Assembly (NCBI RefSeq): GCF_001194135.2
Contig: NC_068983.1
Span: 135,923,328 to 135,984,980 of the forward strand
Length of the DNA stretch: 61,653 nucleotides
Direction of reading: 5' to 3'
Origin: Octopus bimaculoides
Taxonomy: Eukaryota
Position numbers and translations under genes: made by a program. The notes below the pieces were generated by a model. That model was not told where the DNA came from. It searched no databases and saw only the letters and a list, made by a program, of their open reading frames with translations. This document shows positions 48,401 through 59,364 of the stretch, piece after piece (the first letter of the stretch is position 1; each line of letters opens with the position of its first letter).

Positions 48401-51312
48401 TAAATTGGCTTGTAAGTAAAGGAATTAAGGTCTGCTGAGTCTTAGCTTGTTAGATATTAGTCAGCTGATCATTTGATAAGATTTACAATAACTGAATCAT
48501 TAGGAGATCACTCTTTCTGGCATAGATGTTTATTATCATCATCATTGTTTTAACACTTACTTTTTCATGGTTGTGTGGATGAGATGAAAGTATGTTGCAG
48601 TAGAGTATTTTACTGCTGGATGCCCTTCCTATCATCAATCCCACTCGCTTACAAGTGAGTTAATAATCTCCCAGTTCATCAAGCAGCAAACAGTCTGGAT
48701 ATGTCTCATGTGAAAAACTGGAAACAAGCAACACTGTATAAATGGTCCTTTTGTTTACAAAGATCATACAACTTGTCAAGACCTGTTGAGAAGCTCAGAC
48801 AGGTTTTTGTGGTGGACCACAATAAAATGACACTTTTTGTAAGCTATTGTTTACAAACTGGTAAATGCAAAGGAACAGAAAGTCACTCACACACACATAC
48901 ATACATTTGCATACACACATTCAACGAGCTTCTTTCAGTTTCTGTCTACCAAATCCACTCGCAAGATTTTGGTCAGCCTGAGGCTATAGTGGAAGACACT
49001 TGTCCAAGGTGCCATACAGTGGGACTGAACCTGAAACTATATGGTTTGAAAGCAAACTTCTCAACCACACAGCCTTGCCTGTGCCTAGTTCCCAATATTT
49101 TAGTTCATCTTATTGTAAACAAGTACAATGATGAGGTGCATTTAATCTCTATAAGCAGTAGGAGGATTATAACTGACGAGTCTTTTAACTTTAGTGCTGA
49201 ACAAAATGTATGATGTGTGATTAATATTTCCTATCTGGAGTTATTGCTATCTCCCTGAGGTGACTTTTAGCCAAAGTTGCTTGCTTTACAAAATGTCCTT
49301 TACAGGCATATAATGCTCTCAGATAGCTGTGAAGATAGATTTTGTTGAAATTGTCTCTGCAACACATCCAGTATTACATATTTATCTCTTGTCCATCACT
49401 TCCACACACATTTCCTATCCTTGTTATGTGTGAATTAATTATGAACCATAAATGAACTTATTTTGTAAATTGATATTCCAGATGTTCCAATGGAAAGTTC
49501 AATGAAAACTCCAGTTTCTTCACCTTGTCACAAGCATTCTAAAAACAATACAAACTGCTTAAAACCCAGTTGCCTCGAAGGAATGTCACCTTTGTTTTCA
49601 TCAGTTCAAAAAGAAATTGAATTGGTCAATTCTATTAAAATTGACTCAGACAGCATAAGAACTACTTTAGAAGAAGTAAAAACATCAAAGGAAGAATCCT
49701 CTTTACAAAATATGGTTCAAAGACATACTTCCCCACTGTCTTCTAACATTTATACTGCCAAAGAGACAGTCGAAATTCCATCAAACGAAGCCCAACTATT
49801 TTGCAACAAGAAAGTGCCTGAAGCTCAACCAAAATGTAACATTTCAATGAATTTTTCTGAAATGACCAGTGTCTTATCTACCTCCAATAATTTTAGCATG
49901 ATGCCTTCCAAGTTTGAAGTGACTAATGTAGATAGCTTGCAGAGTGTGTCGACATCTCAACAAGATACAGGATACATGTCATACAATGTTGGCTCACGTT
50001 CAGAAATGTCTCAAACTTCTAAATCAGGCTTCATGGGCACATCATCACTACAAGACAATGCAGATACAGATAAGTATATTATAGATCAGTCTTCTCATTT
50101 TAAACCTACTTCACTAATTAGGAGCAGACTACATGTAGAAAAGACTATTGCAGACAAATCTAATCTTGATTATGCAGATGTAGTTGAGCGAGCTCACAAG
50201 ATGCTAAATTTAACACCTAGCATACCACAAAGTGACAAACTGCATCTTGAAACTCTTCTTAAAAATACAGCTTCTTATGAAGCTTCAAGTTTCCAGTGGC
50301 ATCCTATTGGAGCTTCAACTCCAACACACAAGACTCTTTTCAAACCTGCAAGTAAGTAAACTATTCTTGTGAAACATTTTTAGTGTTACATTGCTGTAAT
50401 TAGGTTAATTGTGAAATCTCTGGTTTTATATTAGTAAACTTTGTTCAGTGTTGTTTTTTTTTTTTTCTTCATTTTTTTTGACGGGGGTCTAAGATAAATC
50501 CACTGTCAAGCTATTATTTAATTGTAAGATCTATCTGCTATCACATATGAGTATGGAGGTGATTGTTTAGCCAGTTATCTTAGTTATTTTACAGATGGTC
50601 AAATGAAATTGTCCTTCAGTTTATATTGTGCATTAACAGAAAACAAAGATAAATAAGATTACAATATGTCTATGTCTGTATATCACACAGTACATTTTTT
50701 TAGTTTTGTAATTTTTGTATAAATATATCAGCATATATGAGACTAAGTTATTATGAATGCTAAGAGATTTAAAGCTTTTTAGAAAATTCTGATATTCATT
50801 GACAAATATAACTTTTTAACTATGAGAGTATTTACTGTTATCCTCCTGGGTAAACTACAGACCTAAGAACCATACTGTTATATAATTTTAATCTACAGTA
50901 TTGCTAATGACAAGTAAATATTCTTTTTCTGTTGGAAAAATGTTTCAGTTGTGACAAAGATGTATTTTTGTAACATTAGTTTTGTATTCTGTTGTGTCTG
51001 GGGAGTGTCAATCTCTTTTAGTGCCTTATAGTTTAACACACTCACTGGTAAAATTTCCACTCATTTACTCATTTATTTTTCTAAAATTTTCATTGCTTCT
51101 TGCAACCTTTTCAATAGTTGTTGACATTGTCTCCCCAGACACAATAGAATATGCTTCAACACACAAACTCACATAAAGAATCTTGCAAACCAAATCCAAA
51201 AACGAAATTAATTTTATATTTATGGGTTAAATAAAATTCTGTTTTATTTTCAGGTGAAACTGCTGCTGAAATTCTTAAAAAAGCTCATGATGATCTCTCT
51301 CAGGCACTTTAA
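36089..51312 (+). CDS. BORA: Protein aurora borealis (Aurora A/Plk1 activator), 10 coding exons, 693 aa
   Basis: join(36089-36484,37536-37618,40699-40781,42084-42128,44183-44239,44494-44638,46644-46725,47711-47972,49482-50351,51254-51312) = 2082 nt in frame, all GT-AG; Bora motifs in correct order: NPFE, SPGIF, FEWTIDQLATLHPVEID, KAQEAIEQYF, CQTCLTLPLDFN, SLRRKLF, LSSSP, DTGYMS. Confidence 0.93.
36549..36765 (+). mobile_element. SINE family A, near full length
   Basis: agcaagctggcaggatcattagc..gttcaaattccacc..ttttgcctttcatcc..cactggggtcaatgtaattgactt. Confidence 0.8.
37536..37618 (+). CDS. BORA: BORA coding exon 2 (83 nt)
   Basis: ttatag|NFEWTIDQLATLHPVEIDEKPQYKSTF|GTAAGG. Confidence 0.93.
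38025..38240 (-). mobile_element. RTE-type 3' tail, young subfamily, antisense
   Basis: catcatcatcgtttaacgtccgccttccatgctagcatggg..ctggatgcccctcctaacgcc; near-identical to the reverse complement of 55445-55610. Confidence 0.88.
38240..39395. repeat. 62-bp GC-rich minisatellite array spanning a 748-nt gap
   Basis: Unit gagccagtccaggggcactggcaacgatcccgctcgaaagatttcatgtgtcrcccgcacat; unit starts at 38256, 38318, 39111, 39173, 39236, 39298, 39361. Confidence 0.92.
40140..40338 (+). mobile_element. RTE-type 3' tail, sense
   Basis: aaaagcacccactacac..ggcattaggaaaggcatccagctgtagaaac..gacgttaaacgatgatgatg. Confidence 0.88.
40699..40781 (+). CDS. BORA: BORA coding exon 3 (83 nt)
   Basis: ttttgcag|(N)PAIETKAQEAIEQYFNTRLVVLSPIEN|GTATGT. 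Confidence 0.92.
41375..41490 (-). mobile_element. RTE-type 3' tail fragment, antisense
   Basis: aggctccaatctgatctgacaaagtttctacagctggatgccc..gtgtagggggtgctttt. Confidence 0.75.
42084..42128 (+). CDS. BORA: BORA coding exon 4 (45-nt micro-exon)
   Basis: gtttcag|(E)KSVQNENATKKSVT|GTAAAG; phase 1-1; low sequence conservation, so supported mainly by splice sites and frame. Confidence 0.7.
42188..42375 (-). mobile_element. RTE-type 3' tail, antisense, with about 25-nt internal deletion
   Basis: catcatcattgtttaacgtccgctttctatgctgccatggg..ctggatgcccttcctaacacc. Confidence 0.85.
42408..43490 (-). mobile_element. RTE LINE RT/3' fragment, antisense in BORA intron 4
   Basis: Minus strand: LYADD region, GLRVNLAK, CRKGLSRNFIRSTQCKLWTHK, LSLRVKGRLYDACVRTAML, GRGRPRKTWDEVV, then a (GAT)n tail at 42408. 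Confidence 0.9.
43825..43982 (+). mobile_element. RTE-type 3' tail, sense
   Basis: gtggttggtgtttggaagggcatccagcc..aacccatgccagcatggaagacggacgttaaatgatgatgat. Confidence 0.82.
44183..44239 (+). CDS. BORA: BORA coding exon 5 (57 nt)
   Basis: tttgtag|(I)GCQTCLTLPLDFNINKVL(G)|GTAAGT; matches the Bora CQTxLSLPxDF motif. Confidence 0.93.
44494..44638 (+). CDS. BORA: BORA coding exon 6 (145 nt)
   Basis: ctgtag|(G)QYMTYEEK..STASLRRKLFCQ..NMA|GTAAGT. Confidence 0.93.
45150..46270 (-). mobile_element. Old degraded RTE LINE, antisense in BORA intron 6
   Basis: Residual homology to 42408-43490 and 8675-9390 (GGFCYLQDHISSKGQCSESIVAKI; gtcaaaggccttc = EKAFD). Confidence 0.65.
46644..46725 (+). CDS. BORA: BORA coding exon 7 (82 nt)
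   Basis: actttcag|(R)SDESLNECDIPPAPIPTTPDWDRCASI|GTTAGT; required for the phase 2->0 transition. Confidence 0.82.
47711..47972 (+). CDS. BORA: BORA coding exon 8 (262 nt)
   Basis: ttttcag|NPLSSSPVSHRSRR..LFSPCVSPINLE..NIS(G)|GTATTT. Confidence 0.9.
48885..49085 (-). mobile_element. SINE family B, 5' part with adjoining (CA/TA)n
   Basis: Reverse complement has a tRNA-like head ggctgtgtggttgagaag..ggttcagtcccac and core ggcaccttggacaagtgtcttc. Confidence 0.8.
49482..50351 (+). CDS. BORA: BORA coding exon 9 (870 nt)
   Basis: ttccag|(D)VPMESS..QDTGYMS..FKPA|GTAAGT; longest true ORF in the window. Confidence 0.92.
51254..51312 (+). CDS. BORA: BORA coding exon 10 (59 nt, stop)
   Basis: attttcag|(S)ETAAEILKKAHDDLSQAL*. 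Confidence 0.8.
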
Positions 51313-51591
51313 TCAAAAAATATTTTAAACATCATCTTTGGAAATAATCCATTTTATTACTGTTTTAATGGAATTTGTTTCATATTTTCATATTCATTTG
51401 TATGATAGTTTGTTTATAAATTGTACAGTTTTTTTTTAAATATCTTATATTTATATGACTAAATATGTAAATATATCATCTTATTTTTTTTAAATGTATT
51501 TTTTTAAACATTTTTCTATTGAATCATTATTTCTAACGAGCTATCCATTGAAATTTAGTATGTTTAAAATTGAATAACAAAATTTCATTTG

Positions 51592-51597
51592 AATAAA
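51592..51597 (+). terminator. Candidate BORA polyadenylation signal AATAAA
   Basis: AATAAA about 280 nt after the stop within a U-rich UTR-like stretch. Confidence 0.35.
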
Positions 51598-54500
51598 CAT
51601 CAAACCTAGAACAATGAAATTTTTTTCTTCATAAAATTAACATTATTATTGTTTTGGGCTTTGCTAAGTGTATGAGCAAATCAGTACAGTGTTGAACAAA
51701 ATGCTTTTTAGTATTTTACTTTGTCCTATTACATCCCAAGTTCAGATTCTACTAGTATTGACTTCGATATTTATTTTAGCAACCAGTAAGGAACAGTTTT
51801 GTACTGAATCCAGTGTAACCCGGTTGTACTCTCTCTTAAATTTGTTTTCATTATTATGATGGTTATGTATGATTTTATGATGTTTGCACTAGCATAGCTA
51901 GATTGTGTACTGCCCAGGGCAGCCCTTGTGTATGATGCCCCCAGACCCCACAAAAAAAAAAAAAAAAACACATTACTTACAGCAGACCCAAAAAGTGCTG
52001 CCTGGGGCAGACCATCCCACCATAGCCATGCTAGTGGATGTTTGTATTCAAAGTGTGATGCTGCATAGTAGTGTGTTGTAAGTCTTGAATGAAGAGAATT
52101 TGTGAAGACTTGGAAGAAACAAAGCAAGCACACACTGCTTGGATGTGTAATGTTAGTGTCCATGAATGACAATGCAATAAGTTGAGAAAACTGAATATAG
52201 GAGGAATCAGCTGTAGGGTAAAGAGAGTAAATGCATGTGATGTATATAGAGGATGACAGATTTATAAAAACTTATTCTGAACACACTTAATGGATGGAAG
52301 ACCTGAAGAAGACATGGGATTAAGTGAAGATTAGTCTCAAGATATTGCACATCATGAAGGTAATGATAAAGAACTGACAAATAGCAGCATACAATACTGG
52401 AAAAGCCCCAATTGCCTATGCAAACGTGCATTAACATGGACGTTACCCATTTTGTACCTGCTAAGTTTCCATTTGCTACTTCTGCCTATTCAATATCCTC
52501 TTGTCTCTCTATCAGTCACTTACCTACACAATGAAGGATGACATTAGATTTGCCCATACTCAATCCCAATTACCACCATCTTTATCTCTCTGTCAGTGCT
52601 TGAGGAACAAGGGATTGTACTGGATCTATAGGTATCTGATATATTCCTCCATTTAACCTTCTGTTCTGCCAGCGACCTTTTTTTCACTCTCAGGTCACTC
52701 ATTCATCTATCACACTCCTACCATGACCATTTCCATGATTAAAGATAACTCGCTCTCTTGCTTACTAGCAAACATGCAACTACCATTAATTTCTCTCTCT
52801 CACCTTCTGACATCACACTGTTTCATTACACCTTGGTTTTACTCTCTCTATCTTCACCTTACTCTTTCTTGCTCTTTCATTTCCATTTCTCCCTTTTCTA
52901 CTGTCACACTAATCACTCTGTTACCCCCTCTATCATACTTTTGCTTCTTTCTCCCTCTCACCCTAGTTCATCTTCTTTAATTACCCTCTATCCTATTCAC
53001 TGTCTTAATTACATTGATTGCACTCTACAAATGGAGAACTCAAAGTACAAGGGAATTGTATTTGTGCCAATAATGTGCACCCAGTACACTCTGTAAGGTG
53101 GTTGATGAGTAAGTGGAAGAAACTTAGGATTGAGAAGAGTCTTTAGTCTTGTCTACTCATAGTCATGACAACCACTCTAGTGCTAGTACCACAATAAAAT
53201 GCACCTATTTAAGTGGTTGGCTTTAGGAAAGCTTTAGTTACCATACTAAAAGTGGGAAAGCAGAAACTCTGAATAAGAACTGACTCAGATCATGACAACC
53301 TGTCCAACTCTACTAACATGAAAAGTTGAGATGAAATGCTGCCATTGTATAAATTTGTGTATTTTGATTATACCAGTGTTAAGAATGTTTTCAGTTTTTT
53401 AATGATTCCAGATCCCGGCAATTTTTATATAAAGGTTTACATTAAGAAATTTAATTTTCAGACATTATTTTGTCACAAAATGTAGTTAATGTTGTAAAAG
53501 TAGAAGCTATGATTCTGGGGCATTCAGATTGTAACACCTGATTTTGATTGAGTTGAAATTATTTCTCTTCTACTGCTTAAACTTTGGAAAAAGTAATTGA
53601 TATCTCATTTTCATTCTCTTAAGAAAATTAGATTGTATGTCTAGTTAAAAGAAATCAATACTTTAGTATAATATCGGTTTATTATTCATAATGTGGAGAG
53701 TTTAATAAACATTTCATCTTATTAATGATATATAAATACTGCTTTTTTCTTTTTTTTCTTCAAGTCATCAGTTACACTCTTATTGAACCATCAGTTCTTG
53801 AATGTTTGGGTAGTAAAAGACAGGTGATGTGTTATTAGCTTTAAATTTTTAAAACTTGTATATGTAGGATTATCTTTTGGGCTGTGGACATAATTCTTTG
53901 CAGTAATTTAGGTATTTTGTTCTAAGCTCAAATTCTGCTGAAGGCAGTTTTATCTTCCAGTCAAATACTGTGGTCATTGTAATCAGTTAATTCCTTCCCC
54001 TCGAAATTTGTTGATTTTGTGCCTAAATTTTGGTCTGTTGTGGTATGTTGGTAATTTAAATATTACAATTCATTTTAGCTTTTAATATCCTTAATTTTAT
54101 TACTTACTAAGTATTATTTAGATAAAGATGTTTGTTTAATATTTCCTTTATTTCCTTGCTTAGTTATGTCCATTTTTTCCCATCCTTTAATGTTGTTTCT
54201 GGCACTGCTGGAAACCTGGCTCTTTAAATACATTCATTTTTAAACTGATTTTTATTTTTGAGAACAAAGCTTATTATGGTAATTTTTGCATTCAATATTT
54301 AAAATAGATTCTGGCCTTCTGCCAAAATTTAAAGCTAATATTTAAAATTAGATAGTGCTCAACACTTCGTTTTGATTCTCAGATGAAATTTTGTTCTCTT
54401 CACTTAGAACTGATGGTTTTTATGTTTAGAACTTTTCATTTTTATTAGTTTTTACTCTTATTTGACAAAGGTGAAAAGTTTTTTCTGTTATAGAAATGAC

Positions 54501-54632
54501 TTTAAGGTAGTACTTTTCTTTACTAATCATTGTACATAATTTTACTCAAATCTATTCTTTAACAGAATGTACCTACAATTGTAAAAGTACAAACGTGATT
54601 AAACATTTGAGCTTGTGCTGTGTGAGTGCGTA

Positions 54633-55023
54633 TTGGATCATCCCGTAAATAAAGCGGGTTTTTTTTTCAACTGAATGTGTGAGACAGAGGGAGGGAAAGA
54701 ATGTGTTTACTGAAAGGAACAGCGATTTTTAATACTTTGTTCTTTAACTTTAACTATCACTTAACGCGTACACTTTAGTGAATTAACGATCGTATGCTCA
54801 GTCAAAACTTTTACATATTTTGAAGTAAAATGAAAATCCTATAATGATTATGTCCCTTAGACTATTTATTTAATGTTAATTTGGAAGTAGCATATTTTAA
54901 TGCTATAAAAATTAACTCCCTTAGACCCTTCATTTATTTTTGAAATGCAATATTGACGCAGTAGTTTTTCTTCTGGTGGACAGACAGATATACACACACG
55001 GACATCCATTTTTATTATATAGA
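54633..55023 (-). mobile_element. Probable non-autonomous Helitron (about 390 bp)
   Basis: Minus strand 5' A|TCTATATAATAAAAATGGATGTCCGTGTGTG; 3' hairpin CCCG..CGGG (54642-54658) then CCAA|T (one mismatch from CTRR|T). Confidence 0.55.
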
Positions 55024-55029
55024 TATATT

Positions 55030-55229
55030 CTTTTATTTGTTCCAGTCATTTGACTGTGGCCATGCTGGAGCACTGGTTTTAGTCAAACAAATTGATCCCA
55101 GGCTTATTCTTTGTAAGCCTAGTACTTATTCTATCAGTTCCTTTTGCCGAACCGCTAAGTTATGAGGATGTTTACACACCAACATCGGTTGTCAGGCGAT
55201 GGTGGGGGGAAAACACTAGCATACACACG

Positions 55230-55271
<42 letters not shown>

Positions 55272-55430
55272 GTTTCTTTCAGTTTCTGTTAACCAAATTC
55301 ACTCACAGGGCTTTGGTCGGCCTGAGGCTATAGTAGAAGACACTTGCCCAAGGGTAGCCACGCAGTGTGACTGAACCTGGAACTATGTGGTTGGTAAGCA
55401 AGCTACTTACCATGCAGCCACGACTGTGCC
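55030..55430 (-). mobile_element. SINE family B, full length with internal (TA)n
   Basis: Reverse complement of 57395-57690 plus an internal (TA) array at about 55222-55266. Confidence 0.85.
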
Positions 55431-55444
55431 TATATATATGCCCT

Positions 55445-55610
55445 GGATGCCCTGGTTGGCGTTAGGAAGGGCATCCAGCTGTAGAAACTCTGCCAAATCA
55501 GACTGGAGCCTGGTGTTGCCATCCGGTTTCACCAGTCCTCAGTCAAATCGTCCAACCCATGCTAGCATGGAAAGCGGACGTTAAACGATGATGATGATGA
55601 TGATGATGTA
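55445..55610 (+). mobile_element. RTE-type 3' tail, young subfamily
   Basis: ggcgttaggaagggcatccagctgtagaaac..ggacgttaaacgatgatgatgatgatgatgatg. Confidence 0.9.
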
Positions 55611-55612
55611 TG

Positions 55613-56350
55613 TATATTTCAATTATAATAAAAGGGTAAAATTAATCAATAATTTTACCAAGTAGTTCGGTATGTTGAAATAACCTTTTTAGGTAAAATT
55701 ATACAGATATTCTATAATTATAAACATAATTATAATCAGGGGTTAGCTAATTGCTTCGCTATGCACCGAATTTAGAAATGGGAGTTAAAATGCCTTTTCT
55801 ACTATCATAAAGATCTTCCAGACAGTAACACACTTTCTTACTTAGGCTAAAAGAAAAATTAACGAATGCACACGACTCAGATTAGCTACATACACGTTTC
55901 GAGATTAAAGTAGTTTCATTTACTCACTTATTTCTCATCTTTAGTGCAGCGTTTCGAAATATAAATTTGAGAGTGTTAGGATTAAATATGTATACGATCA
56001 AGCATCATCGCATAACTGATATTCAACCAACGCTTCCAAAAATATACAGCCGAATGTGAACACATATTTAACCTCAATACCCATGTGTGTGTGTGTTACA
56101 AGTAATCCCGCAGAAATTGCAGTTTTCAATCAAGGAGTAAATTATATTTCAATAATAATAATAAAAGGGTAAAATTAATTAATTAATAATTTTACCAAGT
56201 AGTTCGGTATGTTAAAATAACCATTTTAGGTAAAATTATACAAATATTCTATAATTATAAACATAATTATAATCAGGGGTCAGCTAATTGCTTCGCCACG
56301 CACCGAATTTAGAAATAGGAGCTAAAATGCCTTTTCTACTACAATAAAGA
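55613..56350. repeat. Direct repeat of about 200 bp at about 535-bp spacing, second copy running into a gap
   Basis: tatatttcaat..aaaagggtaaaatt..tgccttttctact at 55613-55813 and 56143-56350. Confidence 0.85.
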
Positions 56351-57223
56351 NNNNNNNNNNNNNNNNNNNNNNNNNNNNNNNNNNNNNNNNNNNNNNNNNN
56401 NNNNNNNNNNNNNNNNNNNNNNNNNNNNNNNNNNNNNNNNNNNNNNNNNNNNNNNNNNNNNNNNNNNNNNNNNNNNNNNNNNNNNNNNNNNNNNNNNNNN
56501 NNNNNNNNNNNNNNNNNNNNNNNNNNNNNNNNNNNNNNNNNNNNNNNNNNNNNNNNNNNNNNNNNNNNNNNNNNNNNNNNNNNNNNNNNNNNNNNNNNNN
56601 NNNNNNNNNNNNNNNNNNNNNNNNNNNNNNNNNNNNNNNNNNNNNNNNNNNNNNNNNNNNNNNNNNNNNNNNNNNNNNNNNNNNNNNNNNNNNNNNNNNN
56701 NNNNNNNNNNNNNNNNNNNNNNNNNNNNNNNNNNNNNNNNNNNNNNNNNNNNNNNNNNNNNNNNNNNNNNNNNNNNNNNNNNNNNNNNNNNNNNNNNNNN
56801 NNNNNNNNNNNNNNNNNNNNNNNNNNNNNNNNNNNNNNNNNNNNNNNNNNNNNNNNNNNNNNNNNNNNNNNNNNNNNNNNNNNNNNNNNNNNNNNNNNNN
56901 NNNNNNNNNNNNNNNNNNNNNNNNNNNNNNNNNNNNNNNNNNNNNNNNNNNNNNNNNNNNNNNNNNNNNNNNNNNNNNNNNNNNNNNNNNNNNNNNNNNN
57001 NNNNNNNNNNNNNNNNNNNNNNNNNNNNNNNNNNNNNNNNNNNNNNNNNNNNNNNNNNNNNNNNNNNNNNNNNNNNNNNNNNNNNNNNNNNNNNNNNNNN
57101 NNNNNNNNNNNNNNNNNNNNNNNNNNNNNNNNNNNNNNNNNNNNNNNNNNNNNNNNNNNNNNNNNNNNNNNNNNNNNNNNNNNNNNNNNNNNNNNNNNNN
57201 NNNNNNNNNNNNNNNNNNNNNNN

Positions 57224-57395
57224 TATATATATATATGTACATATATATATATATGTACATATATATATATATGTACATATATATATATATGTACATATAT
57301 ATATATATGTACATATATATATATATGTGTATGTACATATATGTATATATATATATGTGAATATATATATATATGTATGTATATATATATGTATA
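57224..57395. repeat. (TA)-based minisatellite, about 18-bp unit atatatatatatgtacat
   Basis: Directly visible at the edge of the 56351-57223 gap. Confidence 0.9.
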
Positions 57396-57690
57396 TGGGT
57401 TCAGTCCCACTGCATGACACCTTGGGCAGGTGTCTTCTACTATAACCTCGGGCTGATCAAAGCCTTGTGAGTGAATTTGGTAGACGGAAACTGAAAGAAG
57501 CTTCCCCCCACCATCACTTGACAACCGATGTTGGTGTGTTTACGTCCCTGTAACTTAGCAGTTCAGCAAAAGAGACTGATAGAATAAGTACTAGACTTAC
57601 AAAGAATAAGTCCTGGGGTCGATTTGTTTGACTAGAGGCAGTGCTCTAGCATGGCTGCAGTCAAATGACTGGGACAAATAAAAGAATATA
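57395..57690 (+). mobile_element. SINE family B, lacking the internal microsatellite
   Basis: gggttcagtcccactgcatgacaccttgggcagg..gaaactgaaagaagc directly joined to cccccaccatcacttgacaaccgatg..gtcaaatgactgggacaaataaaag. Confidence 0.85.
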
Positions 57691-57710
57691 TGTATATATA
57701 TGTATATATA

Positions 57711-58490
57711 CAGGGGTTGGACAAAATAATGGAAACACCTAGCATCATAATTTTGAAATATCAATAAAACCTTCAAAACTTGTTTATTTTTATGCTTTTT
57801 TATTTATTATTAGTGTTACTTAATAAGTTTTGCTAAAATTGCTGTTTATTTTCAGATATCATCAGAAAAAGGTAATTAAAATTCATTAAAATGACAGATC
57901 TATCAAACTTTCAAAGAGATCAAATTGTTGGTGCTCATATGGCAGGTGCTAGCGTAACTAAAACAGCCGAAATGCTTGGTGTATCAAGAAGTACTGTCTC
58001 GAAAGTAATTTCAGCTTTTGAGAGAGACGGAAAAACCTCGTCAAAACAAAACTCCGGAAGAAAACCAAAACTTTCAGATAGGGACTGTCGGACTCTCACA
58101 TGAATTGTTAAAAAGGATCACAAAAGTACAGCTCCTAAAATTACTGCAGAGCTTAACTACCACCTCGAGGACCCAGTTTCCACAAAAGCTGTTGCCGGGA
58201 GCTGCACAAAGCATGGGAGGGCTGCAATCAGAAAACCACTACTTTCAAAAACAAACGTTACAAAGCACTTAGAGTGGAGTAAAAACCTACAGAATTGGTC
58301 CCTAGAGCAGTGGAAGAATGTTATTTTCTTGGACAAGTCATCNNNNNNNNNNAAATCCACCAGCCCAATGGTTTCCCTTCTTGGCAGAATTAATAGTCAA
58401 GACTATTTAAGCATTTTATCTGATCAAATTCATCCTATGGTTGCAGAACTGTTTCCAGAGGGAAACGCAATCTTTCAGGATGACAATGAA
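57711..58490 (+). mobile_element. Tc1-like transposon: left TIR plus 5' two-thirds of transposase, pseudogenised
   Basis: TA|CAGGGGTTGGACAAAATAATGGAAAC; ATG 57891 MTDLSNFQRDQIVGAHMAGASVTKTAEMLGVSRSTVSKV (paired-like HTH); premature TGA at 58101; later GRAAIRKPLL, QWKNVIFLDKS, AIFQDDN; truncated after the second D. Confidence 0.92.
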
Positions 58491-58667
58491 CATGCAGAGT
58501 CATAAACCCACCCCATTGTCATTTTCTATTGGGACAGTAGGTCAATCTGTAGTACTATCTGTTGCCTACCTCACAATTGGAGGCACTTAATGGAGAGCAT
58601 ACTGTGAAGATTACACTAATGAAATAAATAAGGTGACAAGGGTATGGTTACCTGATGTTTTCCTGTT

Positions 58668-58845
58668 CGCTTAGCGGTATTTCATCTGCAGTTACTTCTG
58701 AGTTCAAATTCCGCGAGGTCAACTTTGCCTTTCATCCTTTCGGGGTCGATAAATTAAGTACCAGTTACGCATTGGGGTCGATGTAATTGACTTAATCCCT
58801 TTGTCCCCTCTATGTTTAGACCCTTGTGGGCAATAAAGAAATAAG
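58668..58845 (+). mobile_element. SINE family A, low-divergence copy
   Basis: gcttagcggtatttc..ttctgagttcaaattccgcgaggtcaactttgcctttcatcctttcggggtcgataaattaagtaccag; CpGs retained. Confidence 0.85.
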
Positions 58846-58974
58846 AAACCTTGCCAAAATAGATTGGAGCCTGGTGCAGTTTCCTGGCTTGCCAGTCAAC
58901 CCATCCAACCCATGCCAGCATGGAAAGCAGATGTTAAAAGATGATGATGATGATGTGTATATATATGTTTATTC

Positions 58975-59325
58975 TTTTATTCTTTTACCTTTTTCGATCA
59001 TTTGATTGCTGGAGCACTGCCTTTAGTCAAACAAACCAACCCCAGGACTTATTCTTTATAAGCGTAATACTTAATCTATCGGGGTCTATTGTGCAACTGC
59101 TAAGTTACAGGGACATAAATACACCAACATCAGTTGTTAAACGATGGTGGAGAGGACAAACACAGACACACACACACACACAACGGGTTTCCATCTACCA
59201 AATCCACTCACAAGGCTTTGGTTGGCCTGAGGCTATGGTAGAAGACACTTGCCGTGCAGTGGGACTGTACCCAAAATTATGTGGTTCGGAAGCAAGTTTC
59301 TTACCACACAGTCACTTCTGCATCT
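58975..59325 (-). mobile_element. SINE family B, full length with internal (CA)n
   Basis: Same layout as 55030-55430, with a (CA) tract at about 59160-59183. Confidence 0.82.
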
Positions 59326-59364
59326 AGTCAACATATGTATATATATATGTATATGTATGTATGT

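Noticed and set aside
51313-51600. CPE-like UUUUAU/UUUUAAU motifs in the BORA 3' UTR
   Set aside because: Expected at high frequency in such U-rich sequence; not informative without conservation data.
56284-57524. 378-400 aa ORFs
   Set aside because: N gap plus (TA)n.
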